A stretch of DNA of 64,000 nt from Oopsacas minuta (Eukaryota > Animalia > Porifera): positions 301,905 through 365,904 of the forward strand of contig JAKMXF010000244.1 of the NCBI GenBank assembly GCA_024704765.1. Reading direction: 5' to 3'. A program made the translations under genes and the position numbers. Shown here in pieces: positions 1 to 13,892 of the stretch. The notes beneath the pieces were generated by a model, which worked only from the letters and a program-made list of their open reading frames with translations, had not been told where the DNA came from and ran no database searches. Positions within the stretch are counted from its first letter, which is position 1, and every line of letters begins with the position of its first letter.

Positions 1-1207
1 TATATTTAACATAGTAATATTAATAGAAATTCTCTAAATTAAACGGGAAATATACCTAGTGGCGATGTTTAAGTATTCACTAGTGGCAACATCATACAAA
101 ATAGATGTCATATATACGATAGAATCCAAATAGTTGATAGAAAATGCATTAATGATTATCATAAAATGCTCGAGTAATAATCAAAATGAACAAACATTGG
201 GGGGAGTGGAAAGCGTGGTAGGTCCAGGTGTTCGAAATTCAAAAAATGAGTATTATAAGCGGGGGACCGATATTCGTAACCCTAGAATATATATCTAGGC
301 CGAAATATATACTGAATTTTGCATAACGAGAGTCTATCAATATCGGACCTCAAAAAAAAATACTTTACATCGTCCAATGAAGTAAATATAAATACAGTTA
401 ACATCCCGTAACTCAATGCTCAAAAGAAATAGGCTTGAGATAATTAATGTTGAGTCAACTGACATTTTAGGTCCCGGATTTTGACAGTAAAAATTCAACA
501 GCAAATTTAAGGATTCATGGGCTGTGACATCTATTTCGTTATGCTATTTTTAAACCCACCAAATAATGACAACAACCATATTCATTAAAGATAAATATAT
601 TTAATTTAAGCTGGATATCTGGTATATACAATAATACAGTTGCTTTGGAGGAAGAAGAAGAATAGTAAAGCAGTATACGGTCATTCGTTAATAATTCAAG
701 CAGAGATACATTGATCACTAAAATCGAACAAGATTCAAAACAATAAACGTAACTTCTTATCACATTAGACTTAATGCTATCTAAAGCTCGAAATCGGGTA
801 GTAAATGTGACCGTCGAGACGAAGGATTTTTTGGCTATTTACTAAAATAATGCTCAATTAATGCTAAGTTACTCTTTAATGGGCAGGAAAATATTTGGGG
901 GACAATTGCCAAGCTTCGCTAGCCTGTAGTTACCAGCCCAGGATGGACTATTGTGAAGCCAACGGTACAAAGATATTTTATCAGACTAGATATATTACGA
1001 GTTTAAACGAAAGAGCTTCATATTGGGATAAATGTATTGTGACCAAGGCAGAAAACATGATGTTGATTTCAAGTGGGAAAATATTAAGTGATTGTGACAG
1101 AATAAGAAATAATACTAGGGAAGGGAATAATGATTGAATAATTATAATACAATCAATATAACAGAAATAGGGGAACACAATTACGAATTATATTGTACAT
1201 GAAATAC

Positions 1208-1603
1208 CTCATAATTGTTTCCATCAGAACCTTTTCATATTCTTGAAAAATATCGAATTTCTCATTAACAGAATGTTTTACAAAAAATGGAAGTAGATCT
1301 GAAGAAGCAATAGTTGGACTGGATACATTTAATAAGACGGGAGGATTCAAAACATCATCAGTTTTAACAGATTTCAGATTCTTAATAACATAATTTAATA
1401 TTTCAAGGCAGAAATCAAGAAAGGTAGTGTCATGAGATAATATATCAGCAGTAATATACCACGCAGCTTTAGTATTAACGGATTCAGGTTGTAGGGACTT
1501 TCCAAATTTCTTTTCACGAATTAACAATATACTTAAAAATCTGAAGATGATCAGGGTCACTTCATTCTCATTGGATCGAGTAATCAAACCACTAATATCT
1601 TCC
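1208..1603 (-). CDS. UBR4: UBR4-like E3 ubiquitin ligase, internal exon (phase 2 to 2)
   Basis: Encodes EDISGLITRSNENEVTLIIFRFLSILL...LDFCLEILNYV...SSDLLPFFVKHSVNEKFDIFQEYEKVLMETIMR. This matches the recalled human UBR4 segment KDVSKKNERSALNEVHLVVMRLLSVF...VDYCLHVLKSLL...PPDMSPFFLRQYVKGHAADVFEAYTQLLTEMVLR. Acceptor TTTCCTACTTTTCATAG|G at 1604/1603; donor ATGAG|GTATTT at 1208/1207; length 396 bp. Confidence 0.85.
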
Positions 1604-1659
1604 CTATGAAAAGTAGGAAACAAATGATTATGAACTATATCCAAAAAATATATATGAAT

Positions 1660-1790
1660 CTAGCACACCGCTTACTAAGTGACTACACTTTGCGACGAAA
1701 TTTATAATGAATTGAAAGAAAGAAAATAGAGAATAGTGCTTTGGGTCGCTGCTCAAAAAGAGAACACTAAGCGACTAGAGAAAAATATAA
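1660..1790 (-). repeat. Degenerate 3' end of the same Helitron-like family
   Basis: Minus strand GCAGCGACCCAAAGCACTA...TTAGTAAGCGGTGTGCTAG resembles TAGCGACCAAAAGCACTAAG...TTAGCAAGCGAAGGGTGCTAG near 32730-32826. Confidence 0.45.
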
Positions 1791-2847
1791 TGATTAACCT
1801 AATACCTCTATGAAAATATGTGATTTTATGAAGTCAAGAGGGTTCAAAATACCGTTTCTGGTGCGAGAATTAGTTAAATATGTCAAAATGTAGTGTTCCT
1901 TTTTCATTATCTAATTCTGAATAGTGCTATGTCAAGAAGCAATCATTTTTAGCCTTTTAAGTCCGCATTTTAGGGCGTTGTCATAACAAAGAGAAAGGTA
2001 CCCGGCATACCGTAATCTTATTGAAAAGGTGAGATAGCTTCGCCCTCTCAGCTTTGTGGAAAATTACCTACAAAATCAAAATTAAAAGTAACTAGTGAAT
2101 TTAACTAATCTATTCGAAAGAATCCTGGTAGACGAAAAATAACATCTCTAGGTGCTACAAAGTTAAAAAACAAACTTGAGTAGAGTCTCAAGTATATTTT
2201 CATATGAAGGATTGAGCTAAACGTATGGTCGAGTATGATCGAGTATTGTAAAGTACAGCATGGGGTAGCAAAAAGTATTGGTGGTAGCCGTAGCTAGCCC
2301 AAGATCTCTAGATATGAAAGATCTTCATTATTCAAAAGCAGGATACAGACCGGACACAAAGTACTGGAAACCAGAGCCTTACAAAAATTAATAGCGGCAC
2401 AAGAAATCTACATGAATCCCAATCAAACATTCAATGATTAATCGATACCATATTGGCAACAAGAAAGCGATGTTTCTGTAAAAACCAAAGAGACAAATGA
2501 CGCATATTAAATAAATAATTCTTGACTAAAATGGAATTTTATTCAAGCGGATAGCGATTACGAGAACATGCGTTATAAGAATGTATCGGTTATGCTAATG
2601 AACTTCAGACAATTTTAACTCTGTAACTCTCACCGAGTGTTTACAAATATGTACTCAAGAGTAAAGAAGGAATCTATTCTCAAACAATGCAAAAATTTAC
2701 GCATTTATAGTTATGGTGTGGTAAGAAATCGATAGGAAGTATCAAAACAAAAAGAGGTTAAATTCAATGCTAGAAAAACTTTTTTTGGATTTAGAAATAG
2801 AGAAATAATCGCTCCTCATTATTTGGAGCGCACTTTGGCTACGCGCT

Positions 2848-5800
2848 CAGGCACGTAGCTAGAGCAAGACATTCAGGGGGGCAAGAAGTATTTCGGGAGG
2901 GTAATTGCAGGGATAAATATTTTTGAAAAGTTATTTACTTGTGTATAACAAGTACGACCCAGTCTCCTTTTCTTACATGTATAACCTTTTTAATTCATAA
3001 AGTACCAGATTACTAAGCTAGGGAGCATTAGATTAGTCTACATTATAGTAAGAGCATTTGTTAAGATACTAAACTCAATTCAGGGATACTATTTGACATT
3101 ACAAAAGAAAGCGGCGGTGCTTCATCTGCTTAAAATGTTCGATCACATCATTATAACAAAGTGTTTCTGTAATATCTTTTTCAATAGATAACAGGGCAAG
3201 ATGGTTGAGACGCTCAGTGGTCGTTTGTGAGCGCAAACGTGTTTATATTTTCTTGACAGATGAGAACATTCTCTCAACCTTGCAAGACGTCTGAGGGATA
3301 GTCACAAGAATTTGGTATAAGTTGAAAACATCAGGGAAAATATCTTTGTCAATCACATCCAGTACATCGATCAAAGTATTTAGCTGAGATTCATCTTTCC
3401 GAGCAATAAACGAACGGAAAACTTCTATTTCACAATCTTTGATATCTATTGCCTACAGTTCAGATAGTGTATTCAATTCCTGTTTGTTAAGAAAGTTTTG
3501 AGACTTTGGTAAGCAGCAATCAGCAGCCTTCATGATGCCTGATTGATCTGTACCAAAACGGGCATCCAATTCTGCTAAGATCTCGCGGACATTTTGGCGT
3601 AACAATATTTCAAGCTCTTCAAAGTTGGATGCATTTGTGTGTCCAACAGAGCTATTTAGATATCCTTCTCTAAACCTTTCTGGAAGACGCCGTTGCCTGA
3701 TTGTGTCTCTTACATCAAAATTTTCGATTTCATATTTACCGGACAAATCTTTGGCATATTCGACAACCTTGTCAAAATCGAAATTGACCAACCTTTCCCC
3801 AGATCGGCAAGTAATATCAAACAAGAAGAAACAGTGGCTGTCGACTTCTGAAAAGCTTTAGTGCAAAAATCAGAGTAATCATACAGCCTACCAAAGTAAA
3901 CTAAGATGGTCATAAATTTCTTTGTTTGTAGACTACCTAGTAAAGATTTAGCTGCTAAACTTGTGTCCGCATCATTATCATTTCCAAGTATGCTTAAAGT
4001 ATCAAGTATGCAATCAAACCGACGCAGAAACCTTTCCACCTCCAAAGAACGGGAAGACCAACGAGTACTACATGAATGTGCAAGTTCAAGAGCTTGGACG
4101 TTGGGGTAGCGCTCATCCTGGACGTCTATGAAAACTGCATGTCGCTTAGTTCATTCATGAACGAATACGTCAAATCCAATATATCAAAGAAAGATTTCAT
4201 CAGAGGATGTCCTTCAGCATTTGCAGCTAATACTAAGTTAAGCCTATGTGAAGCACAATGAACATATGTGGCATTGCGATAACCTGCTCCTTTCATGCGT
4301 GCTTGGACACCACCGTATATTCCTGACATAACACTAGCCCCGTCGTAACCCTGCCCTACACATTTCAGAGGATCGAGCTCAAAAGGCTTAACTAGCTCTA
4401 TCAGTTTTTCAGAGATGGTGCCCGCATCCATGTCCTTCAATTCAATAAAGCCAATAGCTCTTTCTCGGACATTACCTTTATGGATATATCGCAAAGAAGC
4501 ACCTAACAACTCCTTCTTAGATGCATCTTTTACTTCGTCGGCTAGAATAGCATAACAAGACGCGATTTCTACTTCACTTTTAACATAGTCTAGAAGCATT
4601 GAAGCGAGTGATGTAAGCAAATCATTTTGAATATCTGGACTTAGCATTTTTGCATTTCCTGGAAGACTTTCTATCTTCTTGGTCACATTGCTATCATATT
4701 TTCCTAAAAGTTCTAATATTTCAACGAAAGTTCCCTTTATTAAGCGACTGATCTGATTCATCATCTCCTCGAAGAGGAATATCTTGTTTGGCACAAAAAG
4801 TAATAATGTCAAGAACAGTCATTAAATGTTTCCGATTGTCATCTATGAATTTCTCATTTCGAAAATTGGGATCCAGTGGCTTATCTACCGTCCATATTAT
4901 TTGATGAATTGCCCAGACTTTCTGTGTTTTAACAGCTGCCATATGACACACAGAACTATCGTGCTTTCTGCACTTGTCGCCAAGTTTCCTCCAGTCACAA
5001 AGTCCTTTTGTTGAAAACGTTGCTTCAGCTGTTGATCCTCCAAAAAGCCGACACGGTTGGCAAAATATAGCATCGAGTTCTTTGCTATACTCTATCCAGG
5101 AGAATTGGGCATACCAATGAGTACTAAAATGTCTACCGGCCTCATATTTTGGGAAGATAATAGAAGGCTGCCTCGGTTTCTCACCCTTTTTGGACAAATC
5201 ATTTACAGTCACAATTGGTGATTGTATATGAGTCGTGTTTAAATTTGGAGTTGAAATAGTTGTACAAGAATCGGAAGTTAAAGGGGTCGAAACTTGAAGA
5301 CTCGTAACAACAGGCTCTACCTCCTCATAATTTGAAGAGACGACATAATCTTTGATTTCTATTCGATTTCTTTTAAAATATGCCTAAACTTTGCTTTGTT
5401 GTAGTCTTTTAGTCATCTAGAATTGTTAGAGATACGAGTCACTGAACTGATTGAAGAACAGAAAATGTGAAAGATATGATGATATAGAATGACTTTATAA
5501 CTTATAGAGAATATCAGAAATTGGCTTCACTCATGTGTAAATTTCAAAACAAGTTTTGAAAACTGGAACCCTAAGAGCATCACCAATGCTTCAATTACTT
5601 CAATGGATAGTCTAACTTCTGACAACAATTACTAGCGGTCGTGGTAATTCAATTAAAATTATAGTATAAATTCAGTGCCTGTCAAAATAGAACAAGTTTA
5701 CTATCAATGAGCGTTACTTCCTGTCTAGTATTAAAACCATCATCGCAACGCGAGTTATTAATTTCATAGTTTTGACGATGCAGTTGAAGTACATAGGCTA

Positions 5801-6015
5801 TTAACTACAGTGGAGTTCGCTTATTAGCAACTCGGATTTTGCAGAGATTTGGTTGCTAATAGGGAAACGAAATTAACATTATAATCCCGTTTGGGACCCA
5901 AAAGCTGGTTGCTAATAGAGCAATATTACTAATAAGCTAACTACATTGATATAAAACGAAAACTTCCAAATTTATCTGGGGGGGGGCAACTGCCCCCCCC
6001 GTAGCTACGTGCCTG
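2848..6015 (-). mobile_element. Full-length hAT DNA transposon (ZMYM1-like transposase)
   Basis: Perfect 14-bp TIRs CAGGCACGTAGCTA (2848-2861 and 6002-6015); perfect 8-bp TSD TACGCGCT (2840-2847 and 6016-6023); length 3168 bp. Confidence 0.95.
3099..5400 (-). pseudogene. hAT transposase pseudogene
   Basis: TTF-type Zn finger (WIEYSKELDAIFCQPCRLF), ILADEVKD, GQGYDGASVMSG, YVHCASHRLNLV and C-terminal dimerization region (ERLNHLALLSIEKD). Split across frames by frameshifts and stops; 5' boundary approximate. Confidence 0.9.
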
Positions 6016-9000
6016 TACGCGCTCATGGCCATCAAATGGAGTTGGGCTCCCCCCTCCGAGCATCTAAGACTTGTTAACAGTTTGTGTAGGTTTATATATT
6101 ATTATTATGAATATGAATTCACCTATCGCTAACCCATTAGTATGAAATGCAGAGCACACTTGTGTGAAGAAATCATCGAATACCTCTATTACTGGTACCA
6201 TGGATATTCTTAATCTATGAGGCAATTACTACCTTATACAATATATTTTATTCTTTGATCAAGTCTTGAATATTCATTATAAAACTCTTAGTACTGCTCA
6301 GACATATGACATTGCAAATTCAACAGCTTGCTTCTATTGCATACTGATTAATCATGGTGTTACAAATTTGACACTACAGCTATTTTATCACCACCTTTAA
6401 TTAATCAAGATATTTGTGTATCAACATTTGTTGTTAGACCTATATATAGAAATAAATGTAGATAATCTATATATAACAACATTAGTTGCTACAAAACAAA
6501 TCCTCATTAATTCTTTAGTATTCAGGCTTATGTGTATATGAACAATGACTGACATCTTAGATGTAAGACATTGATTGTGCAATGTCATAAAGTTTGAACA
6601 GAAATAGAGTTGTGTATTGAAGATTCAAGTCAATATCAAAGCCTCATAAGATGCTACGTAAAGTAGTAATTTCCTCCATTGATAAGACACTTTTCTCGTA
6701 GAATTGACGAGAACTCGAGATCCGGAAAAATACTAAATCTGATTGCCATTATTGAAAGGAAATTCATACAGATTTCTCCCATTGTTCAGAGTAGCTCATT
6801 TTATACTCTTTTCAAATTCGAAAAGGTACCTCCTCCAACGCAGTTACTAACCACCAAGCATGGGTATACAAAAGGACGAATTCAAAATTTCAGAATATCG
6901 AAGTAAAATCGTGTTTAACAATAGGACAAAACATGTTGAGTTATTTACTTTCGATATTCATGCGTTACATGATCCTGTGCAGTCCTGCGATGAAACGAAT
7001 TCGAGCTCCTTCATGTTTTAGCATGTCGCATGCATTCTGTTCGAGTTTACGTCCTCTGAATAATCTCTACTGAACTTTTCAGAGAGGAGATGGCGGAATA
7101 GCCATAACAAATGCTCAGAAATGGCACTGATGCACCGTAGGGAGGAAGAGGGGGTGCTCCCCAAATACCTCTGACAAATACTAATTTCTCAAATGAATAT
7201 AAGCTAGAACCTCTATCAGTGTGTAGAGTTGGGACGGAGAGTCTTTTGATACCCCACTATTCCCACTACAACAATTCTCCTTTACGAGTGTTTCGAGTTA
7301 ACTTTATAGCCACTTCCTCCGACCTTTGCATATTAAATGAGAATTATTGTTTATACTATCTACTAAGAATATTGGTTGAATTTAAAACTTCATGGAATTC
7401 TTGGTGAGAATCCAAAGAGTTCAATTGATCATAGCAATAAATACGTTTTTTAAACAAATGTAGCCCAAATAGATAATAGTAGAATATTTCACTTAGATTT
7501 TCCCTTAGATATACGCAAATGTTGAAAGATATTGTTAATCTTTAAATACCCTCCCTTGATTACTCCTGTTACAGCGGTACGTTGCAATGTAAATGAACGA
7601 ATGTCAACAAAATATCTCCGCTGATAGATGTCCCCATATAGAGACCCCACTTTAGAGGCTGAAATGTACCATATTTCTTTATTAAGTACGCATGGTGCAT
7701 ATACAATTGAAGCCCTCTATAATGGAAACTACGATATTTGTAAACCCGTCAATTCCCAATTTTGGGTGATTAATTGTATCAGTAAATAATAATTATAATT
7801 TTGTTGCTCAACCTAATCACTACCCAATGATTGTTAGTGGCTAATAAGAAATTCAGGTGTTTAACGCCACCAATATTACTTTAACTAAAATCTATTAGTA
7901 ATTATGAATTTCCAATTTGTTCAAACTTAATTATCCATATATTATGTTTGGAGTATTTTGTATTGTATATGGATAAACATGGAATTTCTAAATTGGCCAA
8001 CAGAAATGTAATAACTGAACAAGGACTTAAACTCCCTCAAGGTAACATTAAAGTTAATTTCTACGCACAATCTTTGACGGTTACAGTCAAGTATTTAAGT
8101 TGTGACGGTGGGCTACTTTCAAAATTTGTATTGCCAGTCACGAGAGTTATAAGATTTGACAGATATGGGTATTTAATTAATAGGATTATATCAACAACAA
8201 AGAGACATTAAGGCGTTAACTGAGAAGAATAACTGTTATTTCCCTCCCAAAAACGACATGAAATACAGATGAACCAATATCTGAGATTGATATCATGCCA
8301 GCATCTCGTTTAGATACATATAATTGTGCATTTCGTTGGTTCATGTTGCTTATTTGCCACAAATGTTCAAGCACATTGAAATGGTAGCCAACATCGACTT
8401 TTAAAAAGGATCTATGGCCTTTAATCGCAATTTCTTATGCGAGAAAGGAATAAGAATAGAAACTCCGTACAGTGATTGAGGTACAACTTTAACAGAGACT
8501 ATGGCAAGATGATGTGTTCTAAACAAAATATCTTTTCATCATGGGTGTCTACCTTGATTTCAGATGAATTATGTGATCACTCTTGGGCCTAAATACAAAT
8601 TTCTCTGTACCTTGAGCAAATTTAAGAGTAAAGAAACTGTTGATCAGGCAACTTAGAATTTAGATGTCAAGGTTTCAAACGTTATGCCGGGATACCTTCT
8701 AGGGCAGGGGCTCCCCAACATTTTTGTCGCGACCCCGATTTCTAACATTTTGGTACTGAGTTATTTTGCGACCCTATAAGCTAAAAATGGTTTGTATTCA
8801 TGAATATTCATTTATTAATTTCTAAAAGCAAACTAACACAATTCACTCAATGTTGAATAATTTGTCAAAAAAATGAAAATGTATAAATAACGTGTTTTGT
8901 TGGGAGGCGGTTTCTATTCCTCTTAAGATATACAAAGGGCCAGTGTATTTAGGTTATAACTATAGATAAGTATTTTCTACCTCAATTTTATTCCCCAATT

Positions 9001-11695
9001 TTATTAATCATTAATACAATTAAGATGGAGGATACATACCGAATTTCACTTAGGTGCACATTTGTGCTTACTATGGAATACTTATCAAGAGTGATAAGCA
9101 GTGGATAAAGATTCAAAAGGTCGATGTCCACAAATAATCCTCACCAAAAGGAATATAGGCAAAAGAATAATTGTTTGAATGGAACTTCAATTTGTGTAAT
9201 CTACCAGCCAATGTCTCGGGTTACAGTATCCACTTGATGTTCATGGAACAGTTTGACCATGCAAGAACAAATGCTTTGACAGGAAACTTTAGTGTATGGT
9301 AAGTACATGGCCACACCAATGAAATTTGGAAATACACTGTGAGGTTGGTATGAACATGGCAGAAATGAAAAGAAGATACCATAAACTATCAGCTTTAGCA
9401 TGAAAATGAATGAGTTATTTTTGTAAGAATTTTATATTAATCATAGCCTATCTAATGAAAAGGTAATGCCACTACATTTGAACAGGGATGAAAGGAAGTG
9501 GAGATATTTTGATGGGTAATTCTAATCGACGAAGATAAGATCCTGTGCATTATAAACGAATAAATGTAATTTGATACGTAAAATTCATAAAACAAAGCAA
9601 ATAAATTTTCAGATAGAAAAGACGTCAAGTGTAAACTTATTTGACAAAAGTTTCAAAAAATGCTCCATCTGCGATACTACGCAGAAATTAAATCATTGAT
9701 GCATGATCAAAATATTTAAATAGCAAATGATGTAATAGAGTTTATATATGAAATATATTCAATTGCCATCATAAGGTTGTCACGTTTCTGAGTTTTAGGC
9801 AAGACCATGAATGGAACATGTTTTTGAGAATATACAGAAATAACTCAATTATTGTGATATACTATATAGTTAAATACGGATAGACAATTTATGATATATG
9901 TCAAACTTGCAATACCCATATAATATATTTGATCTGATATCTCTGAAATTTGTTGCCCAATGTTAAAAATGACCGACTAAGTCAGTAGTTTCCAAATGAT
10001 GCGAATTAATCATAGGGGTGGAATGAGGCCATTTGGTTGGAAGGAATGACTCTGTCAGCAATTAACATATTTATCCTCAAATTGTATTTCATGTTACCTA
10101 TCTGTAGTTAAATATTTCTTTGATTCAGTGTGAAATTTCAGGACGAATACAAAACAAGTTGAGTGTATTTAATACCCAACATTAATTGACTTGAAGCCAA
10201 TTAAATTAATATTTGTCCAGACAAAACATGTAAGTTCATCGATTTTCTATTCTTGATCGACACAATACATAATGGATATAGTGATAAATGCTGGGACATA
10301 GAATTTTGGCTTAAATTATCACTATATCCATATGTTAGATTATCCTATACCTAAGTATATTATGCATACAATATATTAATCGAGAAAGTATCGCTGAGTA
10401 GATTCTTATGATGTAAATATGTTGCTTTGATCGTTGTGTATAGTGAAGAAAGTAATTTTCTCTTATTACGATTGGAAAATAAATGTTTTTGGATCAGAAA
10501 TTTTGAGAATTTTCTTTAAAAGGCCACAATTATCATTTATCCAATATATCATTATATCCATTATATACTGTAGATTAAAGATCAGATCCCCACCATCTTC
10601 ATTATTTGAAGTTATACAAGTATTGGTTACCAAAATACTGGGAATGTGAGGCTGTATATAACAAAATAAGCATTTGTTCCTCGCGTTGCGCTCGAAGTTG
10701 ACTTTATGCTTAAAATTGATATATTTTGGGCCTAATTTGACCATTATATAAGAACTAGTTGTTATTGACCAACCATAATATCTATAATTTAGCTCAACCT
10801 ATACTAATTAAGGTTTGCACTAACTTAGATATAGTAACTAGTGTTGACTGTAATCCCTTCAGGGCATTACAATAGTCTCAAATATAATTATTCTGATACG
10901 CTTGTTAGTATAATTTGTCATCCCATGAAACATAAGCAAAAGTTGAAGGGATCTAATCAGATTTAATGTGCTTATATACATAATTGAGGTAGGATAGATA
11001 TAGTTACTGGCAATATTAAAACTTTCAAGTATTCGTTTGAGTTATCTTCAGAAAACATAAATCAAAAGTGTAACCATGAAGTTCCAATTAGGATCCTAAC
11101 ATATCGATAGATGCACAAATGGAAAAAGCAAACATTACGTTGGTAAAATGGGAGAATAAAAGAAAATATGTGGAAACCACTTAAATAAAGGTATATTAAT
11201 GATTGTGTTGGATTGATAAGAGATATCAGAACAAAATCTCCATGAATATCGAGTTATCCATGGTCTGTGCTATAACTTACAAACCTGACAATAACAACGA
11301 CTATCGTAAAATTTAGTAAAGAAACGACTATGGAATATTTGGTATTTCAACATTGTTATCAGAGATGAATAACTAAAGTTTTGTGTGATTTCAAAAATGG
11401 AGCATGTTGTACAGATATGCGCCATTACGCGAGCAGATGGCATGATTTAGATCTCATATTACCTAAAGTGTGGTTTTTGCGAATTGTTATATATCAAAAA
11501 TACATTATTCGGGGAAAAATGAACGACAAAAATATTTTCAAAACAAATACATTTCTATAGGAAAAACTATTTATCAACAAATCTATCCCTAGACTCTGGC
11601 TCAAATTATTATATGTGAAAGCGATGGTGTCAAGTATTCTATAACACAGAGTTGGTTAGATGACTAGATAAAAATAATTGAAATATATATATATA

Positions 11696-12240
11696 CTAGC
11701 CCGCTTCGCCTGCTAGATCGCTGCGTGGCGGGCGGAAGAATCCTTGAGCCTTGTGCCATGTTTTAGCAAAAGTATCAAAAACAAATTTATCAGTACTATT
11801 GGGCCTCTACCGGACGGGATAAACTCAGCACAACGTGCCCCCAGGTAAGGTTTTCGGAAATTCTTTTCACTATCATTGGTCATTCCAAATTCCATATTAT
11901 CGCCTTCGGTGGTAATGCCCGAGCTGCAAAAAGAAATTTTAGCACTTTGTGACTCGAATATTATGAAATTCTCAAAAATATCAAAATTCGGGAACTTTTG
12001 AACTTATGGTAGAGTCATGATGATATACTAATAGCATGATAAGTTACAATTTCCCAAGAATCATGCAGTCATGACAATTGATACATTGTGGGGTACATAA
12101 GATTCAAATTTCGAAAAACAAATCATGTATATTGGCTGAGCAGTGGTTAATAATGTGATATTTTGAAAAATTCAAAACCTTGACAATTACGTAATAATCT
12201 CGGCATAGGTAATGGTGTCCAAGTGGTGACATATGTTTAA
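11696..12240 (-). repeat. Dispersed Helitron-like repeat
   Basis: Minus strand ends CGCAGCGATCTAGCAGGCGAAGCGGGCTAG|TATATATA. The body shares TATTGGCTGA..TAATGTGAT blocks with the 20600-20700 and 39850-39960 regions. 5' limit approximate. Confidence 0.55.
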
Positions 12241-12264
12241 TCAATAGAAAAAAATACAAATTAC

Positions 12265-12533
12265 CTATTCATCCTTAAAAAATTGACACAGGTACTAATT
12301 GTAGAAAAAATAGGCCGTTCAGGGGTGTCAGAAAAGTTTACCCCAGACATCAAGGTCAAGATCACTTGCATAAAATGAATAGCTTTTAAACCACAAAAAT
12401 CTTTTAAATTGGGAAAATGGGGTAAGAGTTCGAAAAGAAGTGATGTGCAGAATGAAATATTCTTTGCTCTGCCTTCAGGAATAATAGATCTCAAATTGTT
12501 TTTGATATCTCCAGGAGATATCTTAGAAGAATC
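12265..12533 (-). CDS. UBR4: UBR4-like exon (phase 0 to 2)
   Basis: Encodes SLLFELLPHFPNLKDFCGLKAIHFMQVILTLMSGVN, resembling recalled UBR4 MLLERLLQTLPQLRNVGGVRAIPYMQVILMLTTDLD. Acceptor TTTACCTTTCAG|GAT; donor AATAG|GTAATT. Splicing to 1603 gives FLRMNREDIS, similar to UBR4 ELGMDKKDVS. Confidence 0.85.
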
Positions 12534-13892
12534 CTGAAAGGTAAAATAGAAGGAATGTGATAAATATAACATGAATGTTGAAATATCAGTTGCCAAAGTA
12601 TAACAAATCGCAGAACACGCATAACAAAGAATGGGTGAGCGAAATGATAATATCAAAATATGCTTTGAATATAAACACATAATTTATAGAAGAATATGCT
12701 ATCGCCATAAGGCACGTATTCCGGGAAACATAGGCCTAGGATTAGCGAAAGTTAAACTTCTAATACTTATATCTTTGGATCGATACACAACAGGATATAA
12801 TCTTCAAAATTCAACAAACTAACAAACTGCCACTTCAGAGTCCGAGATCTGGTATTTTATGTTAACCACTAGGGCTTCAAACAAGAAGGCATGTTGGTAA
12901 TTACATTCTAAGCAAAAATGTCTCCCATTAGTATATTTTGGATTGTAGATTTGGTAATCAACCATTGCGAGTACATTGAATCTGCTTTTGAAATGATTAC
13001 GTTTGTGGCTAATCCGTTTATGCACTATTTATTGATGACGATAGCATATTTGCGTACCGCTAATACAGTGTATTCAATAACAGTGATGATGCTGATAAGT
13101 TATAAATGTAATATAAATTCTTTCAGGATCAATATAATGGATGATTGGCTCATTTCGGCTTTGGCCCAAATCCTTGAAAATGAATAACTTTTAGCAGAAT
13201 AATCCTTGATATTCTTGTACACAATTCGAAAATCCCGGAAAAATATTGGACACCATATTACTAATCTATATGTGTATATACTTGGATGTTTAGTTGAATA
13301 CTTTGTAAAGTTTAGTATGAATCTCATTTAACATGGTTGCCGCTCACATTGATAGTCAAATTAATAAGTTCCTGTATATTTTTGGAAAAGTATAGGTACA
13401 ATTAGATGATAAAAAGATAAATATTACCTGCATGCAGGGTATGAAATGTAGCAATTTGACTTTGGAGATTCAACAAGATAGGGACTTTGATCTCCAATCA
13501 CATAATTTTAATGTCATTCTATTCAAAGTAATTACCTCGAAACCCTGTACATATGTATTAAATCCTGGACAACAATAGAATGTTGGCAAAAAGATCCTGA
13601 ACAATGGTTACCTCAGATTATAGAAGATTGATATGATAGTGTGAAACTATAAGTTTTCGTGATAATAGCATATGAATAATATTGTGAGACTCAATATCGT
13701 AGACTTGGTGGCACAGATGCCGCATTAGGTGGCACCTGTATGTTTCTTTGCGCTAGCTAATGGGTCTACTGTTTACGTTGCGCCATCTAGTGTCCTACTA
13801 CATGCCCCGATAAGTTGTGAATTAATCCTCAACCTGTTTCAATCAATACGCAACCTGGACGCCAGCACTATGTCCAGGTGGCTACGACAATC

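Noticed and set aside
539-1178. Small ORFs downstream of the last UBR4 exon
   Set aside because: None matches the expected next UBR4 sequence (LPYQIKK...); probably intronic.
1604-1659. Alternative UBR4 junction (donor 12296 to acceptor 1635, or acceptor 1660)
   Set aside because: The 12296/1635 pairing preserves frame and length but has a weaker donor and poorer match to UBR4 than 12265/1603; the 1660 acceptor is phase-incompatible with both donors.
9335-9341. Isolated CACTGTG heptamer
   Set aside because: No partner terminus or transposase nearby; a few such 7-mers are expected by chance in 64 kb.
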